Sequence record: DRR723986_3096 | DNA: 20,000 bases | Reading direction: 5' to 3' (one strand) | Shown: piece after piece, positions 1-7,201 of the stretch | Numbering within the stretch: position 1 is the first letter of the stretch | How the letters are laid out: each line of letters starts with the position of its first letter | Translations under genes and position numbers: made by a program | The notes under the pieces: generated by a model | The model's input: only the letters and a program-made list of their open reading frames with translations | The model's database searches: none | Told to the model about the DNA's origin: nothing

Positions 1-2
1 AA

Positions 3-476
3 TTGAAGCTTTCGGCAGATCGTTTGCGATACGCGGCCCGGCGAGAATTGGCAACGCGAGACGCGGAAGAGGTTGTCCAGGCAACCGCCCAGTGGTTACA
101 GAACATGGATACCGCCGACCCCGACCTCGAGCACCACAAGCTAGAAGCCCTGTGGGTTCACCAGACGCAACAGATTGTCAACGAAACGCTTCTTAAGGAA
201 GTCCTCGCCTCCGATGACCACCGGGCTCGTGCTGCCGCGGTTCGGGTTCTTTCGGCCTGGATGCCACGCTTACCATCTTCGATGGAACTGCTCGCCAAAG
301 CGGTTGCGGATGAAAATCCACGCGTTCGGCTGGAAGCCGTCAGGGCTTTGAGTTTTGCCGGTCCCGACCAAGTCGACGCGGCGATAGAAACCGCCCTGGA
401 AGTCCTCAATGGCGACATCGACGACTACCTTCAGTACACGCTTGATGAAACCATGCGGACACTAGAGAACCTGTAA
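3..476 (+). CDS. 3' end (partial) of a HEAT-repeat protein, probably a PVC-type membrane-bound dehydrogenase-like protein whose start lies upstream of the window
   Basis: Frame is open from the window edge to TAA at 474-476. LEALWVHQ...SDDHRARAAAVRVL...DENPRVRLEAVRALS closely parallels LEVLWLSQ...SDDGRVRAAAVRTL...DEFPRVRLEAIRALS in the 14548-19107 protein, where it follows the propeller domain. Confidence 0.85.
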   Translation: MKLSADRLRYAARRELATRDAEEVVQATAQWLQNMDTADPDLEHHKLEALWVHQTQQIVNETLLKEVLASDDHRARAAAVRVLSAWMPRLPSSMELLAKAVADENPRVRLEAVRALSFAGPDQVDAAIETALEVLNGDIDDYLQYTLDETMRTLENL

Positions 477-479
477 ATA

Positions 480-2420
480 ATGTGCATTATGAATCGATTC
501 TGTAGCAAGTTGTTGTGCATTGTAGTCAGTTTGTCACTTGGCCAATTTGCACACTGTCAACATGACCATTCGTCGGGGAATGACAAGCCGCAGGTGCCCA
601 AGATCTACTTGGACAAGAGCCCGCGGATTGTCTCCTACCAGCTTGGTCGTTTGAGCAATGAGCAACTGTTGTTGGTACCAACGGCGACGGATGACCCGAA
701 GTACCGTCCCGTTCTTGAGGCGATCCTCTCTCGAGTTGGAATGTCACAGGCTGACCGAGAAGACGCATTGGCGGGGCTGGTTACCATCAGCAGCTCAAGT
801 CCCGTTGCCGAGCTCATCGCGGTCATTGAAGGAGTGGATGGTGAGGACGAGAATTCAGAGCTAACAATGCGGTCGCTGGCTAGCATGCTGCTCGAACAAC
901 CTCGTGAGAATTTGCTGGCTGCTAAAAACGAGTTAGTTGGGCTGGCCAAGTCGGCGTCTGGACTGCAGGCCATTGCCGGTTGCGCTGCCCTCATCACAGC
1001 CAACCAAGCAGAACTGGCCCGGTCGGCAGCCACCGAAGGAGCTGGGTTGGAAGTCTACCTGCAGTCGATTGCACTGGTCAAAGCACCGGAACAACGCAAT
1101 GATCTAGCTGGTTCAGTGCTCCGGCTGGCAATTGATTCCAAGGAGCCCAATTCGGTCCGCCGCGCTGCCATCACTTCGTTAGCTTCGACAACAGCCGATC
1201 AAACTCGAGTGTTTTCAGAACTAGCAGATATCCTGATCGAATCGAAGGAGCTCCGCCCCGCGGCCATTGGAACGCTGCTCTCAATCCCGCCAAGCAAGCG
1301 CGACTCAGAGCACTCAGAAAAACTGACTGGGTGGTTGGTCGACTTCGCCGAATCAACGCCTGCTGCAAAGCGGACGGAGGACTTCTTCGTCGACGCGATG
1401 CAGCTCGTTGATCAACTGCTCGCTGCATCACCCGGTGCCAAAGCTAGGGCCTACCGCGGGCGACTGCGTGAGACCGTCGTTCGTGTCATTCGCATTCACA
1501 CCGTCGAAGAAGAAATGCGGTACGACATTCCATACTTTGCGGTGGAGGCAGGAAGACCTGTTCAAATCGTTTTGGTCAATGAAGACCTGATGCCTCACAA
1601 TTTGGTTATCACCAAGCCCGGCACACTGCAGGCGGTTGCCGAAGCAGGGTTTGAAGCTGGCACCAAGGGAGGCTTAGACGGAAAGCAATACGTTCCGGTT
1701 TCCGATGACGTCTTGCACGCCACGACGATGATTCCCGCTCGCGAAACCGAGCGACTGACTTTCACGACCCCCGATGCCCCCGGCGAATACCCTTACGTTT
1801 GTACTTTCCCTCGGCACTGGATGCGGATGTACGGCGTGATGATCGTGGTCGACAACTTAGACGAGTGGAACGCCAATCCAACCAAACCCACTGACCCAGT
1901 TGGCAGCAACCGGAATTTTGTACAAAAATGGACGGTTGCCGACTTAGCGGGCGACTTGGATCAAGGCATCGTCGGACGCACGCCCTCGATCGGTAAGAAG
2001 CTCTTTGAGGAGGCGAGCTGCGCTGGCTGCCACTACGCGGGCGAACTGCGTGTTGGGAACGTTGGCCCTGAACTGGACACGCTTTACCAGCGCAGGAAGA
2101 GCGATCGCCGAGCCATCTTGCGTGAGATTCTGGAACCATCACATCGAATTGATGACGCTTATGCCGTCCAGTTGTTTCTTACACTCGACGGCGACACAGT
2201 TAGCGGCCTTGTGGTAGAGGAATCGAAAGATACGATCTCTATTCTCGAAAACCCTGAAGCCAAGGAGCCGACCATCCTGGCGACAGAGGACATCGAACAG
2301 CGAGTTCGTACGGCTAATTCAATGATGCCCAAGGGGCTTCTCGATCGCTTCAGCAAAGATGAAATCATGGAGCTGATGGCGTTTATCGAATCGATTCAGA
2401 AATCGCAACCCGCGCCCTGA
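480..2420 (+). CDS. Exported HEAT-like repeat + azurin/auracyanin-type cupredoxin + class I cytochrome c fusion protein
   Basis: Signal-peptide-like N-terminus (MNRFCSKLLCIVVSLSLGQFAHC; alternative start ATG 489). Type-1 Cu ligands PHN (His 1596-1598) and C-TFPR-H-WMR-M (1800-1829). Heme motif CAGCH (2019-2033), then GNVGPEL and distal SMMP. Confidence 0.9.
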   Translation: MCIMNRFCSKLLCIVVSLSLGQFAHCQHDHSSGNDKPQVPKIYLDKSPRIVSYQLGRLSNEQLLLVPTATDDPKYRPVLEAILSRVGMSQADREDALAGLVTISSSSPVAELIAVIEGVDGEDENSELTMRSLASMLLEQPRENLLAAKNELVGLAKSASGLQAIAGCAALITANQAELARSAATEGAGLEVYLQSIALVKAPEQRNDLAGSVLRLAIDSKEPNSVRRAAITSLASTTADQTRVFSELADILIESKELRPAAIGTLLSIPPSKRDSEHSEKLTGWLVDFAESTPAAKRTEDFFVDAMQLVDQLLAASPGAKARAYRGRLRETVVRVIRIHTVEEEMRYDIPYFAVEAGRPVQIVLVNEDLMPHNLVITKPGTLQAVAEAGFEAGTKGGLDGKQYVPVSDDVLHATTMIPARETERLTFTTPDAPGEYPYVCTFPRHWMRMYGVMIVVDNLDEWNANPTKPTDPVGSNRNFVQKWTVADLAGDLDQGIVGRTPSIGKKLFEEASCAGCHYAGELRVGNVGPELDTLYQRRKSDRRAILREILEPSHRIDDAYAVQLFLTLDGDTVSGLVVEESKDTISILENPEAKEPTILATEDIEQRVRTANSMMPKGLLDRFSKDEIMELMAFIESIQKSQPAP

Positions 2421-2443
2421 CGTCAATTCAGCACAAGTTCGAA

Positions 2444-2476
2444 GACGGCACTGCTGACATTGGCAGTCCGGCCGTC
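2444..2476 (+). other. Intergenic GC-rich hairpin with no U-tract (possible mRNA stabilising or processing stem)
   Basis: GACGGC-ACTGCTG-ACAT-TGGCAGT-CCG-GCCGTC. The two G-U pairs are only possible on the + strand. Confidence 0.45.
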
Positions 2477-2507
2477 GTTACCGCTTCACTAGTTTGGAAA
2501 CACGCCG

Positions 2508-3323
2508 ATGATACGCTCCGCAATCACAGTCAGTCTTGTTGAAGAAGCCCGTGGTGGACCGTTCGTCTACTGGGACGGTATTTCCAAGGCGTTCGAGGAT
2601 GCGGCCGCACTGGGATTCGACGCAGTCGAAATCTTTGCTCCAGGCCCAGACGCCGTTTCCGCCTCCGAGGTCAAGGAGCTTTGTGAGAAGCATTCATTGC
2701 GCGTCGCCGCCGTTGGAACCGGTGCTGGCATGGTTAAGCACGGATTGAGCTTAACTGATGAAGACGCGCAGCAGCGTCAAAAGGCAAAAGAGTTTGTTCG
2801 CAGCATGATCGACTTCGGTGGGCAGTTTGCTGCACCGGCTATCATCGGGTCAATGCAGGGCAAGTGGACAAGTAGCGTGTCCCGGGACCAAGCATTGAGC
2901 TGGCTCGGCGAGTGCCTGAAGGAATTGGGGGATCATGCGAAGCAATACGATGTGCCGCTTATTTACGAACCGCTAAACCGGTACGAGACGAACCTATTCT
3001 GCACAGTCGCCGACGGAGTGGACTACCTAAAGAGTTTGGGAAGTCCAAACGTAAAGCTACTCGCAGACCTGTTCCATATGAACATTGAGGAAGCCAACAT
3101 TGCCGATGGTCTCCGCTCTGGGGCCGGCTACATTGGGCACGTTCATTTTGTAGACTCCAATCGCAGAGCTGCAGGGATGGGGCACATGGATTATGAGCCC
3201 ATAGCGTCAGCACTGAAGGAGATTGGTTTCGATGGATACGCTTCAGTCGAAGCCTTTCCGTTGCCAGACTCCGCCACAGCCGCAAAGGCGACGATGGATG
3301 CGTTCAATCGTTACCTGGCGTAA
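2508..3323 (+). CDS. Sugar phosphate isomerase/epimerase, xylose-isomerase-like TIM barrel (D-tagatose/psicose 3-epimerase / IolO-like family)
   Basis: GFDAVEI, EPLNRYET, LADLFHMNIEE, HVHFVDSNR, G.GH.DY and GFDGYASVE supply the Glu/Asp/His/Glu metal ligands of this family. 271 aa, no signal peptide. Confidence 0.9.
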   Translation: MIRSAITVSLVEEARGGPFVYWDGISKAFEDAAALGFDAVEIFAPGPDAVSASEVKELCEKHSLRVAAVGTGAGMVKHGLSLTDEDAQQRQKAKEFVRSMIDFGGQFAAPAIIGSMQGKWTSSVSRDQALSWLGECLKELGDHAKQYDVPLIYEPLNRYETNLFCTVADGVDYLKSLGSPNVKLLADLFHMNIEEANIADGLRSGAGYIGHVHFVDSNRRAAGMGHMDYEPIASALKEIGFDGYASVEAFPLPDSATAAKATMDAFNRYLA

Positions 3324-3328
3324 CAGGG

Positions 3329-3607
3329 CTAGCCTGCGATCGTAAACCCTGGCTCTGCGTTCTGTTCTGCCGCTTCGCGGTTGGATGCAGAATCTTCGGG
3401 CCAATCGCAATCGGCCATAACTTCCCACAGCAGAGATTCGAGCTCGTCTCGGCGACGTTGCCCCTCTGCAGCCCGAGCTTTGGCAGTATCTTCGTTCCAG
3501 CCGCCTTTTATCTTGGCGACCCGACGACGAATCTCACCAAGTGGGACAAATCGAGACATGCCTTCAGTAGTCGAACGTCGTTGTTCACCGTGTTGAGTTA
3601 ACTTCAT
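3329..3607 (-). CDS. Small (92 aa) charged hypothetical protein
   Basis: ATG at 3607 is preceded by AAGGAGG (3614-3620) at 6-nt spacing, so it is preferred over the TTG start at 3700. Helical-looking core EIRRRVAKIKGGWNEDTAKARAAEGQRRRDELESLL with an acidic tail. A sigma-54 promoter lies upstream. Confidence 0.8.
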   Translation of the reverse strand: MKLTQHGEQRRSTTEGMSRFVPLGEIRRRVAKIKGGWNEDTAKARAAEGQRRRDELESLLWEVMADCDWPEDSASNREAAEQNAEPGFTIAG

Positions 3608-3613
3608 GGCTGT

Positions 3614-3620
3614 CCTCCTT
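3614..3620 (-). promoter_or_regulatory. Shine-Dalgarno sequence AAGGAGG
   Basis: Minus strand reads AAGGAGG-ACAGCC-ATG. Confidence 0.85.
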
Positions 3621-3762
3621 GGGATGACAATTACTTTGAATTGTCGATCGTAAATGACTGGGCATCGAATCAGCGATTCCGATTCGCAGCCCGGGATCAA
3701 GCAACCGCCTGTTACACTTTAGTAGTCGTTGCAACCGGCAAGTTCCTTACACCCGATGAGGA

Positions 3763-3778
3763 TGCAACAACCGTGCCA
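3763..3778 (-). promoter_or_regulatory. Sigma-54 (RpoN) -24/-12 promoter
   Basis: Minus strand TGGCACG-GTTG-TTGCA matches the TGGCACG-N4-TTGCW consensus exactly. It is intergenic and points at the 92-aa gene. Predicted TSS near 3752. Confidence 0.85.
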
Positions 3779-3816
3779 AACGGAACTTATCCACCTGGGA
3801 TTGCGGCACGCCGCTT

Positions 3817-3845
3817 CCTAAGTCATTCATGGATAGGCACTTAGG
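3817..3845. promoter_or_regulatory. Spaced palindrome CCTAAGT-N15-ACTTAGG, candidate DNA-bending or regulator binding site
   Basis: Perfect 7-bp arms about 65-93 bp upstream of the predicted sigma-54 TSS. Confidence 0.5.
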
Positions 3846-3892
3846 TGGGTTGGCTGTTGGCGATGATCCGCCTGCATTTGTCGAGAATGGAA

Positions 3893-3923
3893 GTCTGGTT
3901 TGGCAGTTTTTTCAAACCCAGAC
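3893..3923. other. Inverted repeat (possible terminator of the 4053-5783 gene, or a regulator site)
   Basis: GTCTGGTTTG-N10-CAAACCCAGAC with one bulge. On the minus strand it is followed by TTCCATTCT, a weak U-tract. Confidence 0.35.
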
Positions 3924-3932
3924 GACATCTGG

Positions 3933-3949
3933 TGTCTCAAATAGGAACA
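3933..3949. promoter_or_regulatory. Candidate upstream activator sequence for a sigma-54 enhancer-binding protein
   Basis: TGTCTC-AAATA-GGAACA, a TGT-N11-ACA imperfect palindrome about 180-197 bp upstream of the predicted TSS. Confidence 0.45.
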
Positions 3950-4052
3950 TACCAGCCTCTTCGGGGGGGGGCAGGGCGTCGGCCAACGCTACCAGTTTTG
4001 ACTCAGGACCGAGTCGTTGATTCGTGGCTTACCCAATGGGCTTAAACTCAGC

Positions 4053-5783
4053 TCATTCTAAAGACGCTGGTGTTTCGAGTAGGCTCGACAATTCGAAGTC
4101 GAGACCTTCTTTGCTGCCAATAAAATCAGTCAGGAAATTCTCACCGCCGTTGTCAATTCCGTCGGGTCCAACGCTGTATAGCTTGATATTCTGCTCCGTC
4201 GTGCCGTACCGAAATGGTTGACCGGAAGCTGAGAATGGATCTATGAAAACACCTGCATCGAAAGCATCCAACTGGTCAAGGCGAACCGGTGCACTTCCAT
4301 GTTGTTCAACGAAGTCATCGATCATAAGCTGAATCGCGAGAAGTCGCCTAGTTGCTAAGTCGCGAAGATAGGCTTGTTCGACAGTTTCATCGGGATCCAA
4401 ACTCAAGTCTCCAGTTGTAAACTCACTAAGCAATAAACAGACATGGCTGTGCCAGCCCGATTTGATGATCCATGTTCGTTCGCGATCGTGGACTCGCTGG
4501 ATCGGCTCCGGAGGTTTACTGAGTAGCCTTGCGAGTCGTTGGCGTGTGGCGGATGACAAGTATCTTCGCTCCGAGTAGATTTCATAGGTCGCAACACCGC
4601 TAATGGCGATACCGACAAGGCGATGAATCCAAAGTCCATTGCGTTCGATACCTTGAGCAATTCTAAGGATTGCCGCATAGGAGTTTGCGGCAGCCGGCTG
4701 GTCGTCGTAGTACACCTCCTCACGTGCGCGGGCTGCAAGAGCTCGCACCGCGGATCTGATCCAGGTTACGCTGTCAATTCCAAGACTATCCCAAGAACCG
4801 TCTCCAAGGTCAGACCAGAGTTCCTTGTCGGCAGCCACAATCAGTGCGTCAAGCTCTTCTGCTATCGCTTCTAAGGCTTCCACCCGTTGGTCGAGGGGAA
4901 TGTCCCCTATCGAATTATACTTGTTTTCGAGTCTCTCAAAATCGGAGCTCGCAATCTTTTTCGAAAGCGAGACAACTTGCGGCATTGAATTTTCGCCGGC
5001 TATCGTTGGCATTGCCGGTTTGGGCCAACACAAGGTGGCGGTCACAACTAGAAATAGAATCAGCGCCGCCGACAATGCGATGCCACCAACGAAACGCCCT
5101 ATTCTCCGTTCACGGGCGTACCAAGTACATAGTGTTAATGCTGTAGCACCGCCAATGGCCAACCACATCAACTGAGCCAGGTCGCCATCAACGACCATCG
5201 AGAACATCCCAGTGTATCGCGGCCAACTGTCGCCGTAGGCAATCGAAGTGTAAAGCTGGTCAAAGCAAACAGGTGCGACCGCTGGGACCAGTGCGATTAC
5301 GACGCAGAGCGGAATCCGACAACGATGCCTCAGAGTGCTGTGTTTTAAGAAGTATGCGCTACCGATGCATCCTGTAGCCGCCACACTCATCGATGCAAGA
5401 GCGCCCCACGATTTCAAGTCGAGCGCTGGCGTAGCGAGGCCGACGGCTACAGCGATCCCGACCAATGCGGTTGCCGCCATCAGCGCCAGAATTGAAATTC
5501 GGTTCGTGATTGGAGGCTGGATAGCAGGGGCACGTGAAGCGAACAGTCGGTCGGTTGCGAATATCAAACCGGTTGCCATCGCAACGCTGACCACGCAAAA
5601 CCAGAATATTTCCTGCGCCCCGGCCAACGCTGCGGGGCAGAAGCATAACGCCACGCTGAAGCAGTAGGCGTACCATTTCATTGGTCGCGCATACAGAGTG
5701 AGAGTAACGACGCCGACCCAAACCAACAAACCGCACAACAACCAGGCAGGAAGCAACAGCCGTGCGATCAGGATGGCATCCAT
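4053..5783 (-). CDS. Polytopic membrane protein with a soluble helical C-terminal domain ending in a GspG/T2SS-G C-terminal-like motif
   Basis: About 8-9 hydrophobic segments in the first ~255 aa from MDAILIARLL (ATG 5783; the ORF extension to 5963 looks non-coding). C-terminus P.RLDQL...DPFS..GQPFRY.....LYSVGPDG.DNGG. Confidence 0.75.
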   Translation of the reverse strand: MDAILIARLLLPAWLLCGLLVWVGVVTLTLYARPMKWYAYCFSVALCFCPAALAGAQEIFWFCVVSVAMATGLIFATDRLFASRAPAIQPPITNRISILALMAATALVGIAVAVGLATPALDLKSWGALASMSVAATGCIGSAYFLKHSTLRHRCRIPLCVVIALVPAVAPVCFDQLYTSIAYGDSWPRYTGMFSMVVDGDLAQLMWLAIGGATALTLCTWYARERRIGRFVGGIALSAALILFLVVTATLCWPKPAMPTIAGENSMPQVVSLSKKIASSDFERLENKYNSIGDIPLDQRVEALEAIAEELDALIVAADKELWSDLGDGSWDSLGIDSVTWIRSAVRALAARAREEVYYDDQPAAANSYAAILRIAQGIERNGLWIHRLVGIAISGVATYEIYSERRYLSSATRQRLARLLSKPPEPIQRVHDRERTWIIKSGWHSHVCLLLSEFTTGDLSLDPDETVEQAYLRDLATRRLLAIQLMIDDFVEQHGSAPVRLDQLDAFDAGVFIDPFSASGQPFRYGTTEQNIKLYSVGPDGIDNGGENFLTDFIGSKEGLDFELSSLLETPASLE

Positions 5784-6159
5784 TGGGCGAATTCTCTTGG
5801 CTAATTTGGTGCAGTACAACGAAGGTTCGGTGCAGTTAATCGTATCCCGCCCACGACACTCTCTCCAGTGGTCGTAACAGTGAAATTGGGAAGTCGTAAC
5901 TTCCGTCGGTTGCTGAGAATACGAGTCTTTCTCCGAGTGCAAAACCGCCAGACGGACTGACACCGCGACTTCACCACGATCTGCCGTGAACCCAAACGCG
6001 CTCGGGCAGCGTTAGAAGTATCTCTAGATCGATCGGAGAATAGGTTCGCTACTGGTGGCGGATACAGGCTGACAGGGCGAAATCAGGGCAGAAGACGCAA
6101 AAACCACTGCAAAAGTCGCTTTCTGAGGAATGCGATTTTCCCTCAGGGAGCGGATCAGG

Positions 6160-6165
6160 TATAAT
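6160..6165 (+). promoter_or_regulatory. Candidate sigma-70-type -10 box TATAAT
   Basis: GGTATAAT about 70 bp upstream of ATG 6234, preceded by the inverted repeat CTGAGG...CCTCAG (6123-6146). No clear -35 element. Confidence 0.45.
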
Positions 6166-6233
6166 GTTTCGCGGTGGTTGATATGTCGGCCACGCCTTCC
6201 GCCAAGATTTTTGATCCCTCCCGCCTTTCTAAA

Positions 6234-7148
6234 ATGCGAATTCCCACCTACACGCTCTCGAAGTGTTGTGCGCTCATTTTTTCAGCGCTCCTGCTCAGTA
6301 GCTTTGCGTCCCCTGCGGATGCTCAGTCCAATCGCGGTGTCTTCCAGCGCGGTCCTTTCCAGGTGCGTAGTTCCGCTCAAAAGGGCGGTTTGCTGCAGCG
6401 GCACGTCGCGTTTCAACAACGCCAAGCAACCCAAAAATCAGTGGCGGAAAAGCAATCGGTCTATCTGATTGGCAATTCGCTAACTTGGGATACCCTACCC
6501 GGACTGCTAGACGGCGACGTCATGTGGCACGTCGACTGCGGAAAGAATCTGGAATACATCTACAACAATCCGACGAAGCCATGTGTCCGCACGAGCGTCC
6601 CGTGGACGAAAGCACTCCGCGAGCACAAATTTGAATACCTTTGCGTTCAGCCGCACTTTGGTACCACCGTCGATCGCGATAGTGAGGTCATTGCCAAGTG
6701 GGTCGAGATGCAGCCGCAAGCTAAACTGGTCATTCACACCGGTTGGACGCACCACAAGAACGTCAGGCATCACTTTGCAGCAGACTGTTCTGACCAAAAG
6801 ATGAAGCACTCTCCGGCGTACTTCGAAATGCTTGCGGGACGTCTCAAAGAAAAATTCCCGAAGCTGGAAATCCGTTCGACTGGTGCGTTTTCAGTTATGC
6901 ATGAGATCTGCCAAGACATCACCAGTAAGAAGGCGCCGATGCAGTCCATCGACACGCTCTACCGGGATGACATTCATGTGACGACAGGTGCCGGACGATT
7001 CTTGATGCACAACTTGATGCGTCGTGCTCTAGGCCAGGAAATCAGCCAGCAGGGATTCCACGTAGAAGAGCCACTGCATTCCTATCTAACCAGCAAACTG
7101 GAATCGGCCGACGAACATGCGACCCGCCTCACGTCGCGCCGCAAATAA
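6234..7148 (+). CDS. Exported SGNH-hydrolase-like protein
   Basis: From ATG 6234 there is a signal peptide (MRIPTYTLSKCCALIFSALLLSSFASPADA|Q). Block I-like YLIGNSLT (6468-6479) and block V-like YRDDIH (DxxH, 6966-6977). The ORF is open from GTG 6174. Confidence 0.75.
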   Translation: MRIPTYTLSKCCALIFSALLLSSFASPADAQSNRGVFQRGPFQVRSSAQKGGLLQRHVAFQQRQATQKSVAEKQSVYLIGNSLTWDTLPGLLDGDVMWHVDCGKNLEYIYNNPTKPCVRTSVPWTKALREHKFEYLCVQPHFGTTVDRDSEVIAKWVEMQPQAKLVIHTGWTHHKNVRHHFAADCSDQKMKHSPAYFEMLAGRLKEKFPKLEIRSTGAFSVMHEICQDITSKKAPMQSIDTLYRDDIHVTTGAGRFLMHNLMRRALGQEISQQGFHVEEPLHSYLTSKLESADEHATRLTSRRK

Positions 7149-7201
7149 GTGTAGCACCGCACTGATATCTACTACTCATCTTTCGCAAAGGGGTCGCTCC
7201 G

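Noticed and set aside
3608-3700. N-terminal extension of the small protein to TTG 3700
   Set aside because: A strong SD sits in front of ATG 3607, and the extension covers the hairpin-rich leader.
3963-3971. G9 homopolymer as a phase-variation tract
   Set aside because: Intergenic and outside the spacing-critical promoter elements. No evidence of length variation from one sequence.
5784-5963. 60-aa N-terminal extension of the membrane protein
   Set aside because: Composition looks non-coding, and the hydrophobic protein begins naturally at ATG 5783.
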